DNA of 64,000 nt, from positions 16,884,982 through 16,948,981 of the forward strand of contig NC_068988.1 in assembly GCF_001194135.2 (NCBI RefSeq), given 5' to 3'. Shown here piece after piece: positions 13,290-26,045 of this stretch. Position 1 is the first letter of the stretch. The number at the start of each line of letters is the position of its first letter. The notes beneath the pieces are model-generated. The model worked only from the letters and a program-made list of their open reading frames with translations. It had not been told where the DNA came from and made no database searches. This DNA comes from Octopus bimaculoides. Taxonomy: Eukaryota. The position numbers and the translations under genes were made by a program.

Positions 13290-13487
13290 TCTGTGTTTGC
13301 GTTTGTCCCCCATCGTTGGATAACCGATGTTGGTGTTTTTTCATCCGCATAACTTGGCGGTTCGGGAAAAGAGTCCGACAGAATAAGCATTAGGCTTAGA
13401 AAGAATACATCCTGCGATCGGTCTGTTCGACTAATGGCAGTGCTCCAGCATAGCCACAGTCAAATGACTGAAACAATTAAAAGAATA
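13290..13487 (+). mobile_element. 3' half of CORE-type SINE
   Basis: cataacttggcggttcgggaaaagagtccgacagaataag...ttcgactaatggcagtgctccagcatagccacagtcaaatgactgaaacaattaaaaga after a (TG)n tract. Confidence 0.8.
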
Positions 13488-13557
13488 TATATATGCAGCA
13501 GCGCCCAAAAATCTTGTGTAAGTTTCCATGAGGGTAAGCTTAAAATCTTAGTCTTAC

Positions 13558-13598
13558 CTGTTTGCAGGAACTTTGCTTTAGGTAGTGCCACTAAACCC
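13558..13598 (-). CDS. Candidate 41-nt exon (GLVALPKAKFLQT)
   Basis: Acceptor ggctatctttcctag, donor CAG|gtaaga; one open frame. Confidence 0.2.
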
Positions 13599-15849
13599 CT
13601 AGGAAAGATAGCCAGGAAGCAAATAATTCCCCGATGTTTTGGGGAGAAAATCCTGTGTATGGAAAACGTTACGTACGCTTAAGTGAAAAGCAAGTTTTGA
13701 TGTAGGAATAAATGCAAAAAATTACTGCATGTTATCGGATTTCTGTGTCCTATTACAGGGGAAGTGTTTCAAAAAACATTTGAGAAGATGGTCTCTTGTA
13801 TACCGCCCGAACTATAGGAAAAGAAATTAATATTTTTAGGTATAGCAAATGAAAAACAGAGTAGATTACATCTACAATGATACGTGATGCATTTTCCTTC
13901 ACATTTCACTTGTTTCAATCATTAGATTATGTACATGGGGGAAAACACAGCGGAACTAATTGCTCACCAGTACTCATTTGAACGTCTAGCCATTATTCCG
14001 TTTCTGTTTTGTTGAATGGTTTTGTAAACAAACCAATACCAGCGGTCAAACGATGTGGTGGTAAAGAAATACAGATACAAACACTCAGTTACATATATCA
14101 CAAGTTTTCACATTGTTTCCTTCTGTCAAACTCACCTACAAGGTATTGGTCAGTCCTGGGCTGTAACGGAACATACTTTCTCATATGCAAACATTTTGAG
14201 TCCCAAAATAGAATCTCGATCACTGATATGACTTTTGTGTAAATTAACCATCACATTTCTTACTCGGCAATAAAATTTATATTTCATATCGCATCAATAT
14301 ATCTCTTAATATTTTTATAATAGGAACTCGTGATCTTCATATCAGCAGAACATTAGGAATATCAATGAAAATAGTCAATTCGGGTTATATGGTGTCAGTC
14401 AAAAACTTTATTTCAGCGAAATCTTTACGCTTAACAAAAGCAATGCAATATCAGCAAGAAATCTATCAACTATGATGTCATAACATTAGCAGTATCACAA
14501 AGAGTTTAACAAAACATTCAATAACCCATGAAATAGACATTTTCTTTTAATGCTAGCGCTTACGCTGTTTGTGAAAGGCCATTCCAAGAAGAAAGACATT
14601 GTCGATATGTCGTACTAAATATATCGTATACAACCGGTGACTTGTAGTATAAACAACGGTAAGTTGCGTTAGATTAGAACAGACTGCAGTTGAGTAGATC
14701 AGAGCAAATATTTCATCGTCTTGTCATTGATTTTAGCTTCCTTTGAACAGCAAATATTCACAGAATGTTGGTTGCGTAAATATCAAACGTGCCAGCCTTT
14801 TGTTCAAATCTTTGCAATTGTTACTCACCGCTTTAGGATTTTCATTTTATTTTTGAAACTAACTTCATTTCTGTACATCTGGCACTGGCATGGCCATATG
14901 GTTAAACGTTGCGCTCCGCAGATATGTGTTTATACGTTCAGTGTTCCTGTCCAGCACCTTGGATAAATGTCCTCTACCATAGTTGTATGGTGATTAATGC
15001 TTTTCAGTGAGTTTAGTTCATGTCTCGATACATATAATTTTACATCATCACCGTGCGCTGGAAAAATGTCATCGTTTGAATTAGATGGCCACGTTACAAT
15101 GGCATAGCACGGCATCTTTGCTTAATATTTTGCACAATTTTGTCGGATTGACATGTGATGTAGAAATGGAAATACTACTTGAAACCTACACACTTGCACA
15201 TACACGCACACACATATGTATATAAATAAATTTTTGTGTGTATATGTGGTGTGCGTGTATATTGTATATGCATTAGGGTGTATGAAGGTATATGCATTAT
15301 CCGTCTATATGTTTCATATATACAGACATACATAGATTACTCGAACGTTACTTTATCACAGAAGTTACTTAGGACCCGGATAACGTATAGGTCTCTTAAA
15401 CAAGTACAAATTTAAAATACTGTAGACGTGATTTGAGCGATTCAGTGTCACTTGAAGGAGTTTGTCGTCCGAGAATAATAACTGAAGTGAAAGAATGAAG
15501 ACAAGAAGTGCATTTTAAAATATAATTCATTTAGCGTTCTCATCTATAATTTTAAATTATAATTTGTTTAGAGATTCCTGATTAAGAATTTTAACATCAA
15601 ATGTGTTAAGAAATAATTCCTATTGGGGATTGATATACTTCTCTCTTTGCACAATATGTAGTTTAATCTCTGCATTTTCAATATTTTGAAATGTATTACC
15701 TAACAATGACCTTGCGTAAGGGGAAGGATATCATATTATATATTATGCAATATCCGAAATGTAAGTATTAAATCAGCGCACAAAATATCATTTGGTTTGA
15801 CTTTAGGATTACAAATTATATGAGTTAATGCAAACACAAAGTATCCTGC

Positions 15850-15901
<52 letters not shown>

Positions 15902-17009
15902 NNNNNNNNNNNNNNNNNNNNNNNNNNNNNNNNNNNNNNNNNNNNNNNNNNNNNNNTATATATATACGGTGGGGGCGTACACCTGCGCATATATATTGGC
16001 ATTCTTACCGTTTATCTAATAGCACTTTCTCTACCAACGGGTACACAATGAGTTTTTGATTTGTTTTCGGACGAAACAAAATGCTTATTGTTGGTCTCTC
16101 TTTTTTAATGAACTTATTCACTCTGATTTTTCATCGTTCGTATTGAATGCGGAATGCTGCCAGCTTCCTTCTCTTTATGAGATCTTCTGAAAATTAGCTT
16201 CCGTTGGTTCTAATTATACGACCGCTTAGTAATGCACTTTTCATTACGCGTTATGACGATCAAAAGTAAAAAAATAAAAGGTAAATATCTCTGCTGTTGT
16301 GTGTACTCATTATATATATCTCGCAATTATCTTAGGTTTCAATTTATAATTTCAGCCTATAACTTGGTACACTTGGAAACAAATAGTTGAAGATAGAAAT
16401 CTTTTAAACAAAAAAGACTTTCTTGCGCAACATTTATATGTGAGTTTTAAAAAGCGTACTTGGTAGGACACTAAACGTGATTTTCCTTCCTTGTGAGAGA
16501 AAAATTCTGTTTTGTGAGATATTTTTCTTTGGAAACCATTGCATACTTGAATAATCATAATTCAAATACTGTTAGAAAATTCTGAAGTAAATATTTGTAT
16601 CATGAATCTTTGACAAACTTTGAATATAATATAAGGTAAGGATAAATAGCTATGTTATATACCTTGTATTGAAATGAAACAAAAGATAATGAGGGCGCTT
16701 TTGAACTTGCACTGAATCTTTCTATTAACTTTGTTTTTCTGTTGCTTAATTGTCAAAGGAAGGATGTTTAATAGTCTGATATAGAGCTATATGGCTTTAA
16801 TCAATATTAAGTGCTTACTGGGTCTTCTGCAATATCTTTGTCATTAATATTTATTTCAATATTCTGAGGTAGGAACTCAGTAATATCTTATAACAGAAAA
16901 CATTTCAAACATTCTACATAGAAAATGATTATTTTTGCAAATAGCGGATATATATGAGCAAGTTTTAAAAGCAACGTCTGTTTAGAAAACCTTTCGTTTT
17001 TAGTTATGT

Positions 17010-17389
17010 GTTGGCACTCCGTCGCTAACGACGACGAGGGTGTCAGTTGATCCGATCAATGGAACAGCCTGCTCGTGAGATTAACGTGCAAGTGGCTGAG
17101 CACTCCACCGACACGTGTATCCTTAACGTAGTTCTCGGGGATATTCAGCGTGACACAGTGTGACAAGGCTGGCCCCTTTGAAATACAGGTACAACAGGAA
17201 CAGGAAGAACGAGTGAGAGAAAGTTGTGGTGAAAGAGTAGAGCAAGGTTCGCCACTATCCCCCGCCGGAGCCTTGTGGAGCTTTAGGTGTTTTCGCTCAA
17301 TAAACACTCACAACGCCCGGTGTGGGAATCGAAACCGTGATCCTATGACCGCGAGTCCGCTGCCCTAACCACTGTGCCATTGCGCCTCC
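17010..17389 (-). mobile_element. tRNA-headed SINE, family B (full length)
   Basis: Head ggaggcgcaatggcacagtggttagggcagcggactcgcggtcataggatcacggtttcgattccc with A/B boxes; body and tail collinear with the 35720-36073 copy. Confidence 0.88.
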
Positions 17390-18390
17390 ACTCGGTTTTA
17401 GTAGACAGCATTTTTTTCACAAGGAAAAAGGCTATTTTTTTCACAAAGTAAAAAGTTATTTTTTCACAACAGCTTTAACTGAAAACAAATTAAAATCTTC
17501 AGTGACTGATTGAAGAGATAAATGGAAATTATTTATTCATTCTTTACATAGGAATGTAAGATGTGTTACTACTTAATGAACCTGTTGAATATTAGAAATG
17601 CATAAGCAAATATAAAGACAACGGGCATATTCACTGGCTATATATTAAAGCGATAATTGGAATCAATGGCAGTATGCCATGCATTTCATGATAAGGCTTC
17701 TTATTTCAGGTAAATTTAAAATATCTTATATACAAACTCCATAATAATGTTCAGCTCAGTGATTGTTATCGTGTAATCTAATTTAGTGAATACGAAACAT
17801 CAAATTGCTTGAAAAGACACGTAATTTGAATTGTCTTTACCTTGGTAAGTTCAACTGTTACGAATATTCTTTTAAAATATTTGTTAGCTGAAGACAATCT
17901 AACTACATACTATATTAAACTTGTAAACATAAATGTAATTTCATTTCAGAAAAGATGCAGTCTACTTATATTTAATATAAACAGGCCCAATTTGCTATAA
18001 TTACTTATAAGAACTTCAGTTTCTGTAAAATTCCCCATTGTACCACATTTTTATTTTACTTACAGACTGAATAAAGACAATTACAAATGTTAGAATAAGT
18101 TATTAAGGGCGAATATATATATATATATATATATTTAAGTCAATACCAGAAAATGCAAAATTTATATAAATACATTAGTATCTATAAATCATCATAAATC
18201 AAGCCCAAAGGTCATTGAATGTTAAAACTGAAAAGATCTTTTAGAATGAAAGCTATTTGGGTTAGCTGTGAAGCAACTCATTCTTCATCCATTTAGCTGG
18301 AAGTAGACAAACAGCGTGTTTTAGCGAAATGCAGGCGTCTATTATAACCATGTCCCATAGAGCAAATGTAATTCAATTGAAATTTCTTAC

Positions 18391-18423
18391 TCATGCTGTT
18401 TAAGTGCTTTTCTATTTTGCATA
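18391..18423 (-). CDS. Candidate 33-nt exon (MQNRKALKQH or CKIEKHLNSM)
   Basis: Acceptor cttttaaattttgtttgcag, donor GA|gtaaga. Confidence 0.2.
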
Positions 18424-18565
18424 CTGCAAACAAAATTTAAAAGGTAAGTATCCTTGTAGACATGTGGAAATGGTGAGTAATGTTCACAACTATTTGTTAA
18501 ATAAAATTTGGATCTCCACTGTACCCAACACTGAACTTTATCACCGTTAATGTTATGGCATATAG

Positions 18566-18681
18566 GTTATTCGTCAGAGAGGCGAACGCTTAAAATGTAC
18601 TTGGAAATTTCGTGTACTAAGTTCCTATCCTGCTAAAGACACATTCTTACGCCTGGGTGAAGTAACAAATATTACAGGATA
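18566..18681 (+). CDS. Candidate internal exon, weakly CUB-like
   Basis: tatag|...|gtaagt bracket VIRQRGERLKCTWKFRVLSSYPAKDTFLRLGEVTNITG; GC above the flanks; CxWxFxV..Y....TFL spacing resembles CUB. No partner exon fixed. Confidence 0.3.
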
Positions 18682-21413
18682 GTAAGTTTATAAAATATCT
18701 AAGATTATATTCATTATTCTTATATACAATGTGAACTTTATACTAGAATGCTGCAAAAAAGATTTATTAAAGTATTATGATTGCACCAGCATTATACTTA
18801 AATTCGTTAAACGCATTCGTTGCAAATCTAACTGGGGTATAGTTATGGAGTCAATCACAACAGACCCCATTAAATATGACAATTATGAAAACTTTGTTTA
18901 CCATTTATTGTAATTTCTACAAGTTTCTGTATTGACATTCTAATCATAGGTTCTTATAAACTTTAGGAGTTTATTCTGACAAACATTTTATCGATTAGAA
19001 TATTTAAAAGATGATTGCTAATACATGTATATGAACTTCAGATGAAATTTAATTTTGAATTTTACAAGGTATTAAAAATGTCTAAAGTTAATAAACATTT
19101 AAAGTAATCAAATTTTGATATCATCAATTAAAAGATCCAAAATAAATTTAAGATATTTTAAAGAAATTACGTTATCCGGTTCGTAGGATAACGCAGAATT
19201 GAATGATAAAGAAAGGTGATATCAGACAACAGTATTTGTATATAAAATACCGAAAATTCCTTCAACTGTTGTTATTCGAATTAGAGGAAGTATATTGTTA
19301 TAGATATCTTTTCAGGTACACGGCTACTTCCTTTTTGTTACCTTGAACATTTGTGTTGAATTAAGGAAGCACATACTGCTTTTCCAGTCATGTATATAAC
19401 TAATGTTGGATGCCGTTTCAGGAATCAATAATTTTCAGTAACCTCACTGTGGTTTGGCAAGTACAATATTATATGTCGTGTCGCTCCCCGTTTGATATAA
19501 ATCTATATTACGGTATCTATTAATGGCTCATTCATTAAGTTAAAATTTTCCAAAATGAAATGAAAAACAAACAGTAGATATGAGTAGCATAACATCTTGT
19601 GTCTACTCCGCACTACAATGGTTCCCAGTCATAAGAAAACTATATTAGCATAATGCGTTTATATCTGTCATTATGTATGTTGGTTGCAATATTATGTCTA
19701 GCCTTGTTAATAGATTTTCAAAGCAATAAATATGGCAATAAATCTCTTAGAAAATGTATTTCTCGGGATTCTAAAAGAAAAATACATTGTATATTTTATG
19801 TATCATTTTCTCTGCATAGATGGACCCATAAAATACGTCTACAAATACAACCATTAATTTGATTGCAGATATCATTATAACACATTATACTTAATGCAGA
19901 GAGATATTCTAGTATTTCAAATATATCGGCAGAATTCTTGTGTAAACCTATCCAGCAAAATATCTGAAGAACCATAGATCAATTTTGATACATTGAATTG
20001 ATAAATTTCCTATTGTTTCTACGTAGAGAAAGAGACTATACCGATTTAACCTAACTAGCTGACAGCATATTGCATATAGTATACAAAGGAAAGGAACAGC
20101 TGGCATGAGATATTATCATATCGGTACAATTTCTTTCATGGTTCATCGTTCTAACATTCATGTTAAAGAACAGTGCTAGAGGAGAATTGTGAGAGTGACT
20201 GAGAAATGCATCGTGTTAAACTATGTTCCATTATATTCTGAGTTCGAATCCTAGTGTGTAAAATGGGACGTTCGTCCTCCTAGTGTCCTCCTATAATCAA
20301 CAGACAAATACTAAGAATTAATCAAATCGATTGTACTTACACAGAAAACGGATGGAAGTGTACCCGTGTTAGGAAAATATATATCCTTTCAGTATGAGCT
20401 TTTGTTTGGTTTAATGTGCACAATTTTGAAACATAAAAGTACCGACGTGTATTGTGATTATATCTCAATAAAGGTATAACAACATTTAAATAAACTCTGA
20501 TCTATCTGCTGGGTTTCATGTATCTGCTTACTATTCTGTCTCTTATCTCTCTGTCTGTCTCCCTCTATCTCTCTTTCTCCCTTTCTGTTTGTGTGTGTGT
20601 GTGTGTATCTTCTAAACTTTCTACATACCATCTATGTACGCATTGAATAATATTACTATCACACGTTTATTCACCTAAGTTCCTAACTATACATGCTCAT
20701 GCACATATAAGTTCATATACACCCATCTTTCCATCCAATTACCTATGTACTTATTTCTGTACCTATCTAAACTTCGTTAATTCTTTCTTTTTTTAATTCT
20801 CTCAATAAATCTGTAATAAATATACGTAAATGTATGTAACACCTCTAGCTGGTCGTAATTGAGATGTTTTCAACATTGATATATACATTTTAATTTCTAT
20901 TGCTACAATGCTGTAGGGTAAACTATTGGTATTTAATCATCGTCATAACCCAAATTACATAGCAACAAATACATAATAACAGTCCACAATGTTATAAATC
21001 ATATATTTATTTTATCCGGTGATTACAGACGTGATTTTATTGATATTAATTGCGAATATAATATAGCGGTAGTAATCGCTCAACGAGCAGTAAACTTGGC
21101 TTACATCACAGATAATTTCAGAAAGATATTTTAAAATTGCGTACCAATATAAAATCCCCAGTATAATTGTCAAACTTCTTCTGAAATTTAACTGCTTAAA
21201 TAGGCCTTATATATTTAGTTTTCTCTAATTAGTGTAGGTTCGAAGAAGGCGACCTCGCAGAATCATTACCATGTTGAAAGAAAAAAAAACGTATCTGTAT
21301 TTCGATGGACTTTACTTTCTGGGTTCAAAGTTCTCCAAGTCGATATTAATCGATTTCTCCCGAGAAATTTCAAGCCTTGGGCATAAAGTAAAATGAATTA
21401 TTAGAGTACAACT

Positions 21414-21446
<33 letters not shown>

Positions 21447-21534
21447 AAGTCTGAATTATACATCCGATAAAATACACGTATCTTAGCCAGCGATAGAATC
21501 TTAGCCAGCGATAGAATAAGCAGATATTGTTATA

Positions 21535-22121
21535 GGCGCAGGAATGACTGTGTGGTAACAAACTTGCTTCCCAACAACATGGTTCCGGTTCAGTCTCACT
21601 GAGCGGCACGTTAGGCAAGTGTCTTCTACTATAGCCTCGAGCCAACTATAGCCTAGTGAGTGGATTTGGTAGAGGGAAGACCGTCGAACATATATGCATC
21701 TATCTATCTATCCCGTTTTACTTTTATTTGTTTCAGCATTTGACTACGGCCACGCTGGAGCACCCCCTTTAGTAGTACAAATCAACCCCAGGACTTAATC
21801 GTTGTAAACATAGTATTTATTCTATCGGTTTATTTTACCTAACTGCTAAGGTACGGGGATGTAAACATAGCAGCATCTATTGTCATGCGATGATGGTACA
21901 ATAAACACACAAACAAGAACACACCTACACACACACACGCACATACGACAAGTACTGAGCCCGGAACCATGTGGCTGGTAAGCAAGCTACTTACCCCACA
22001 GCATCTCCAGCACCAATGTATATATATACATACATATATATATAAATGTATGTATATATACATATATATATATATATTATATGTGTATATATATATATAT
22101 ATATGCATGTATATATGTATG

Positions 22122-22164
<43 letters not shown>

Positions 22165-22406
22165 NNNNNNNNNNNNNNNNNNNNNNNNNNNNNNNNNCAC
22201 AGCATCTCCAGCACCAATGTATATATATACATACATATATATATAAATGTATGTATATATACATATATATATATATATTATATGTGTATATATATATATA
22301 TATATGCATGTATATATATATATATTATATATATATGTATATATATATGCATGTATATATATATGTATTATATATACGTGTGTATATATGTATATGTGTG
22401 TGTGTA

Positions 22407-22450
<44 letters not shown>

Positions 22451-22672
22451 GTATGAGCGTGTGTGTGTGTATGGTGTCTATATTGTCCTACCATTCACCG
22501 CTTGACAGCCAGTGTTAGTATGTTTGGCTCCCGTAACATAGCGGTTCGGCAAAAGAAATAAATAAAATAAGTACCAGGTTTTGAAATAGTATTGGGCTAG
22601 ATTCATTCGACTAAAATTCATCAAGGCTTCGGTATGAACGCAGTATAATGACTGAAACAAATTAGAAAAACA
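21535..22672 (+). mobile_element. CORE-type SINE (head 21535-21700, tail 22490-22672) with expanded central microsatellite and nested insertion
   Basis: Head ggcgcaggaatgactgtgtggtaac..., CORE-like ttaggcaagtgtcttctactatagcc, tail cgtaacatagcggttcggcaaaag...tgactgaaacaaattagaaaa. Confidence 0.8.
21717..22014 (-). mobile_element. Antisense CORE-type SINE nested in the preceding SINE
   Basis: Reverse tail (tttgtttcagcatttgactacggccacgctggagcac), (CA)n, reverse head (ccggaaccatgtggctggtaagcaagctacttaccccacagc). Confidence 0.8.
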
Positions 22673-24714
22673 AAAAAAATATATATATGTATCCAGCAAT
22701 TTATTGTGTAATACATTCTCCGGAAAATTTGTGAAGCTTTTCGCGATAAGTAGTAAATAGACCTGAAAATAGAGTAGTTAAAGTAACGTATCAAATGTAG
22801 GATTATGTTGTTACAGCCAGAATGTTTACAATTACGGACGCTAGGTCATCAAGCTAAATGTATAACTAAAAGTAATTCTTGGAGAGCAATTCGATTTGTA
22901 ATGTTTGAACTATATTTATAAATGGAGATAATTAGGTCCTCTATTTGAACAGATAAATGATTTATTTCTGAATTTAATTTACCCAAGGGGAGACAGAGCA
23001 AGCAATGCATCCATCACTTCTGTAAATGTTTACTGTATGTGCAGCATTGGGAAAACTAAAAACCTATTAACCTCATTAAATCTCTACTAAATAGGATTAA
23101 TGAAACGTGAGAGAATGCACGATTATCTGCGGTGTATACTACTACTATTACACTACTACTATTTTTATTACTATTATCATAATTATAATAATAATTATTA
23201 TTACAAAGACGGCGGGCTGGCAGAACGGTTCGCAGGCTGGACGAAATAGTTAGCAATAATTCACCAGTCGCTGCGTGCTGAGTTCAAATTCTGCCGAGGT
23301 TGACTTTACCTTTCATCAATTCGGAATCGATGAATCAAAAACCAGTGAATCACTGGGGTTGATGTAATCGACTAGTTCCCCCCCCCCCACTGTCCAAAAT
23401 TTCAGACCTTGTTTCTATAGTGGAAAGGATTATTAAAGCGGCGAGTTGACAGGATCGTTAACACACCGCTACGATCCGCCGGGGATGACTTTGCTTTTCA
23501 TGCTTTCGGGATCAATAAATTGAGTACCAGCTGTGTACTGGGACGATCTAATCGAATAGATCCCACCTCCAAAATTTTAGTTCTTGTGCCTATAGTAGAA
23601 AGGATTATTATTAGTATTACTAAGGCCGCGAAGTGGCAGAATCGTTAGCAAGCCGGGCGAAATGCTGAGCAGTATTTCGTCTGCNNNNNNNNNNNNNNNN
23701 NNNNNNNNNNNNAATTCTGCCGAGGTTGACTTTACCTTTCATCAATTCGGAATCGATGAATCAAAAACCAGTGAATCACTGGGGTTGATGTAATCGACTA
23801 GTTCCCCCCCCCCCACTGTCCAAAATTTCAGACCTTGTTTCTATAGTGGAAAGGATTATTAAAGCGGCGAGTTGACAGGATCGTTAACACACCGCTACGA
23901 TCCGCCGGGGATGACTTTGCTTTTCATGCTTTCGGGATCAATAAATTGAGTACCAGCTGTGTACTGGGACGATCTAATCGAATAGATCCCACCTCCAAAA
24001 TTTTAGTTCTTGTGCCTATAGTAGAAAGGATTATTATTAGTATTACTAAGGCCGCGAAGTGGCAGAATCGTTAGCAAGCCGGGCGAAATGCTGAGCAGTA
24101 TTTCGTCTGCAGCTACGATCCTTCGGGGTTGATAAATTAAGTATTAATCGAGTACTGGGGTAATTATGATCGACTATCCCTCTCCTCCAAAAGTGCTGCC
24201 GTTGTGGCAAAATTTGAAACCATTATTATAATTACTATTACTAAGGCGGTGCGCTGGTAGAATATTTATCACCCCGGGCGAAACGCTAAGTGGTACTAAC
24301 ATCTACCGCTACGTTTTGAGTTCAAATTCCGCCTAGGTCGACTTGGCTTTTCATCCTTTCGGGTTCGATAAATTAAGTACCAGTTGCGTACCGTATCGAT
24401 ATAATTGTTTGATTTCCTCCCCCAAAATGTTGGGCCTTGTACTTAGAGAAGAACAAATTGTCAATATTACAACTAAGGCGTTGTGCAGGCAGAAACGTTA
24501 GCACGCCGGGCGAAAAGCTTAGTGGTATTTCGTCTGCCGTTACGTTCTGAGTTCAAATTCCGCTGCGGTCGATTTTGCCTTTCATCCTTTCGAGGTCGTC
24601 GATAAACTTAGTACCAGTTACGTACTGGGGTCGATGTAATCGACTTAATTCCTTCACACAAATCTGAGGCCTTGTGTGCTTCCAGTAGAAAGGACTACTA
24701 CTACTACTACTAAT

Positions 24715-24893
24715 AATATTTTATCTTATCGCAGGTTTTGTTGGCGCTCCTGGAGTCTTGCATGCGTAGCGAGTTTACTACCTGCATTCTACGGTACCAC
24801 GCTATTCGTTCTTTTCAGCTCTCTAATCATTTCCCAATCATTCTGGCCGTGCCAAGGAGACAAACCTTTTGTAACAGTTCTACTGGGCACTCT
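24715..24893 (-). mobile_element. 3' tip of an R4/Dong-like non-LTR retrotransposon
   Basis: ECPVELLQKVCLLGTARMIGK*LES* resembles the LQKxxLLGTARIxRKVL C-terminus of R4-clade ORFs; flanked by (AAT)n and (ACT/AAT)n. Confidence 0.7.
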
Positions 24894-24894
24894 A

Positions 24895-24977
24895 TTATTA
24901 TTATTATTATTATTATCATCATCATTATTATTATCATCATTATTATTATTATCGTTGTTGTTGTTATTATTATTATT
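24895..24977. repeat. Compound (ATT)/(ATC)/(GTT) microsatellite
   Basis: Direct reading. Confidence 0.95.
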
Positions 24978-25869
24978 GAGGCGGTGACCTGACAGAAACG
25001 GTAGCATACCATGCACAATGTTTATTGGCATTTCGTCCAGTCTTTATCATTCTAAGTTCAAATTTCATCGGGAAAGGATGGATGAAAGGAACATGGTCGA
25101 AAGAAACAATTGAGCACGGAGGTCAATGTCACAGAATATTTCCATCTCCCAGTATATCATGCCTTGTGACAATGACAGACAGGATTATTAAGGCCGCGAG
25201 TTGGCAGAATCATTGCCTCGCTTCATGAAATTCTGACCAACGTTCTTTCCGTTTTTAAGTTCGGAGTTCTAATTTTTCCGAAGTTGACTTTGCTTTTCAT
25301 AATTTTTGGGTCGATAAAATAAGTAACGACAGAACACTAGGATCAATGTAATCGACTAGAGCTTCCCCTAAAAATTTCAATTCTTGTGCCTATGTTAGAA
25401 AGGGTTATTAAGTCAATGAACTGGTAGTATCATCAAGGCACAGGACAAAACTTTTAGCGGCGTTTCTCCCTGCTTTATATGCTGGATTCAAATTCCACTG
25501 AGGTTACTTTGCCTTTATTCATTTTAGAGTCGATGAAATAAGTACCAGATTAAGAGCTGTATCCATGCAATCCACTAGCAACTCACCCATATTTCGTGTC
25601 ACGAGCATATAACAAAGGATTCAGAATCGTTAGCACAGCGGAAATAATGCCTAACGGCATTTCTTTCGGCTTTGCTTACTGCACTCAAATGCAACCGAGA
25701 TCGATTTTACCTTTCATAATTTCCAGGTCGATAAAATAAAGTACCAGTCTGATACCGGGGTCAATGCAATCGACCAACCTTTCTTCTAAAGTTTCTGCCC
25801 TGGTATTTATTGTAGAAAGGGTACCTCTTATACTTCATAATAACATTTTTCTTTTTCGATTTACGCACA

Positions 25870-26045
25870 TAAACAGCAATTTTCAGGGTTGGAATTAGTC
25901 GATAACATCAACCCCATTACTTTACTGATACTTTATTATATAGATACTGGAGGGATGAAAGGCAAGTTTGGCCTAAGCAGCATTTGAACTCCGAACATAA
26001 ATAGACTGCAAAAGAATTTTTAGCTATTCTAGCGACTTTACCTGG
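25870..26045 (-). mobile_element. Deu/Nin-like SINE, antisense to the array
   Basis: agtcgataacatcaacccc...ggatgaaaggcaagtttggcctaagcagcatttgaactc. Confidence 0.7.

Larger units (their letters stand above)
23205..25830 (+). repeat. Head-to-tail array of about 10 diverged Deu/Nin-like SINEs
   Basis: Units start AAGGCGG/AAGGCCG..GGCAGAATCGTTAGC near 23207, 23435, 23622, 24243, 24475, 24979, 25190, 25410, 25621 and end GTAGAAAGGATTATT; 23713-24110 is a gap-flank duplicate. Confidence 0.85.

Noticed and set aside
15372-19183. 16-nt imperfect inverted match (ggacccggataacgta / tacgttatccggttcg) flanked by TA
   Set aside because: A 12-nt exact core is expected by chance in 64 kb; no transposase lies between.
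21480-21517. 18-bp direct repeat atcttagccagcgataga x2
   Set aside because: Ordinary small slippage duplication.
21839-22518. Long YI/CV-rich ORFs here and similar ones near 30.3, 33.1, 34.0, 38.0, 39.7, 50.4, 53.7 and 63.0 kb
   Set aside because: Translations of dinucleotide microsatellites and N-gaps.
23205-25830. CRISPR-like periodicity
   Set aside because: Units are ~200-bp SINE bodies with tRNA-like heads, not short repeats with unique spacers; eukaryotic context, no cas genes.
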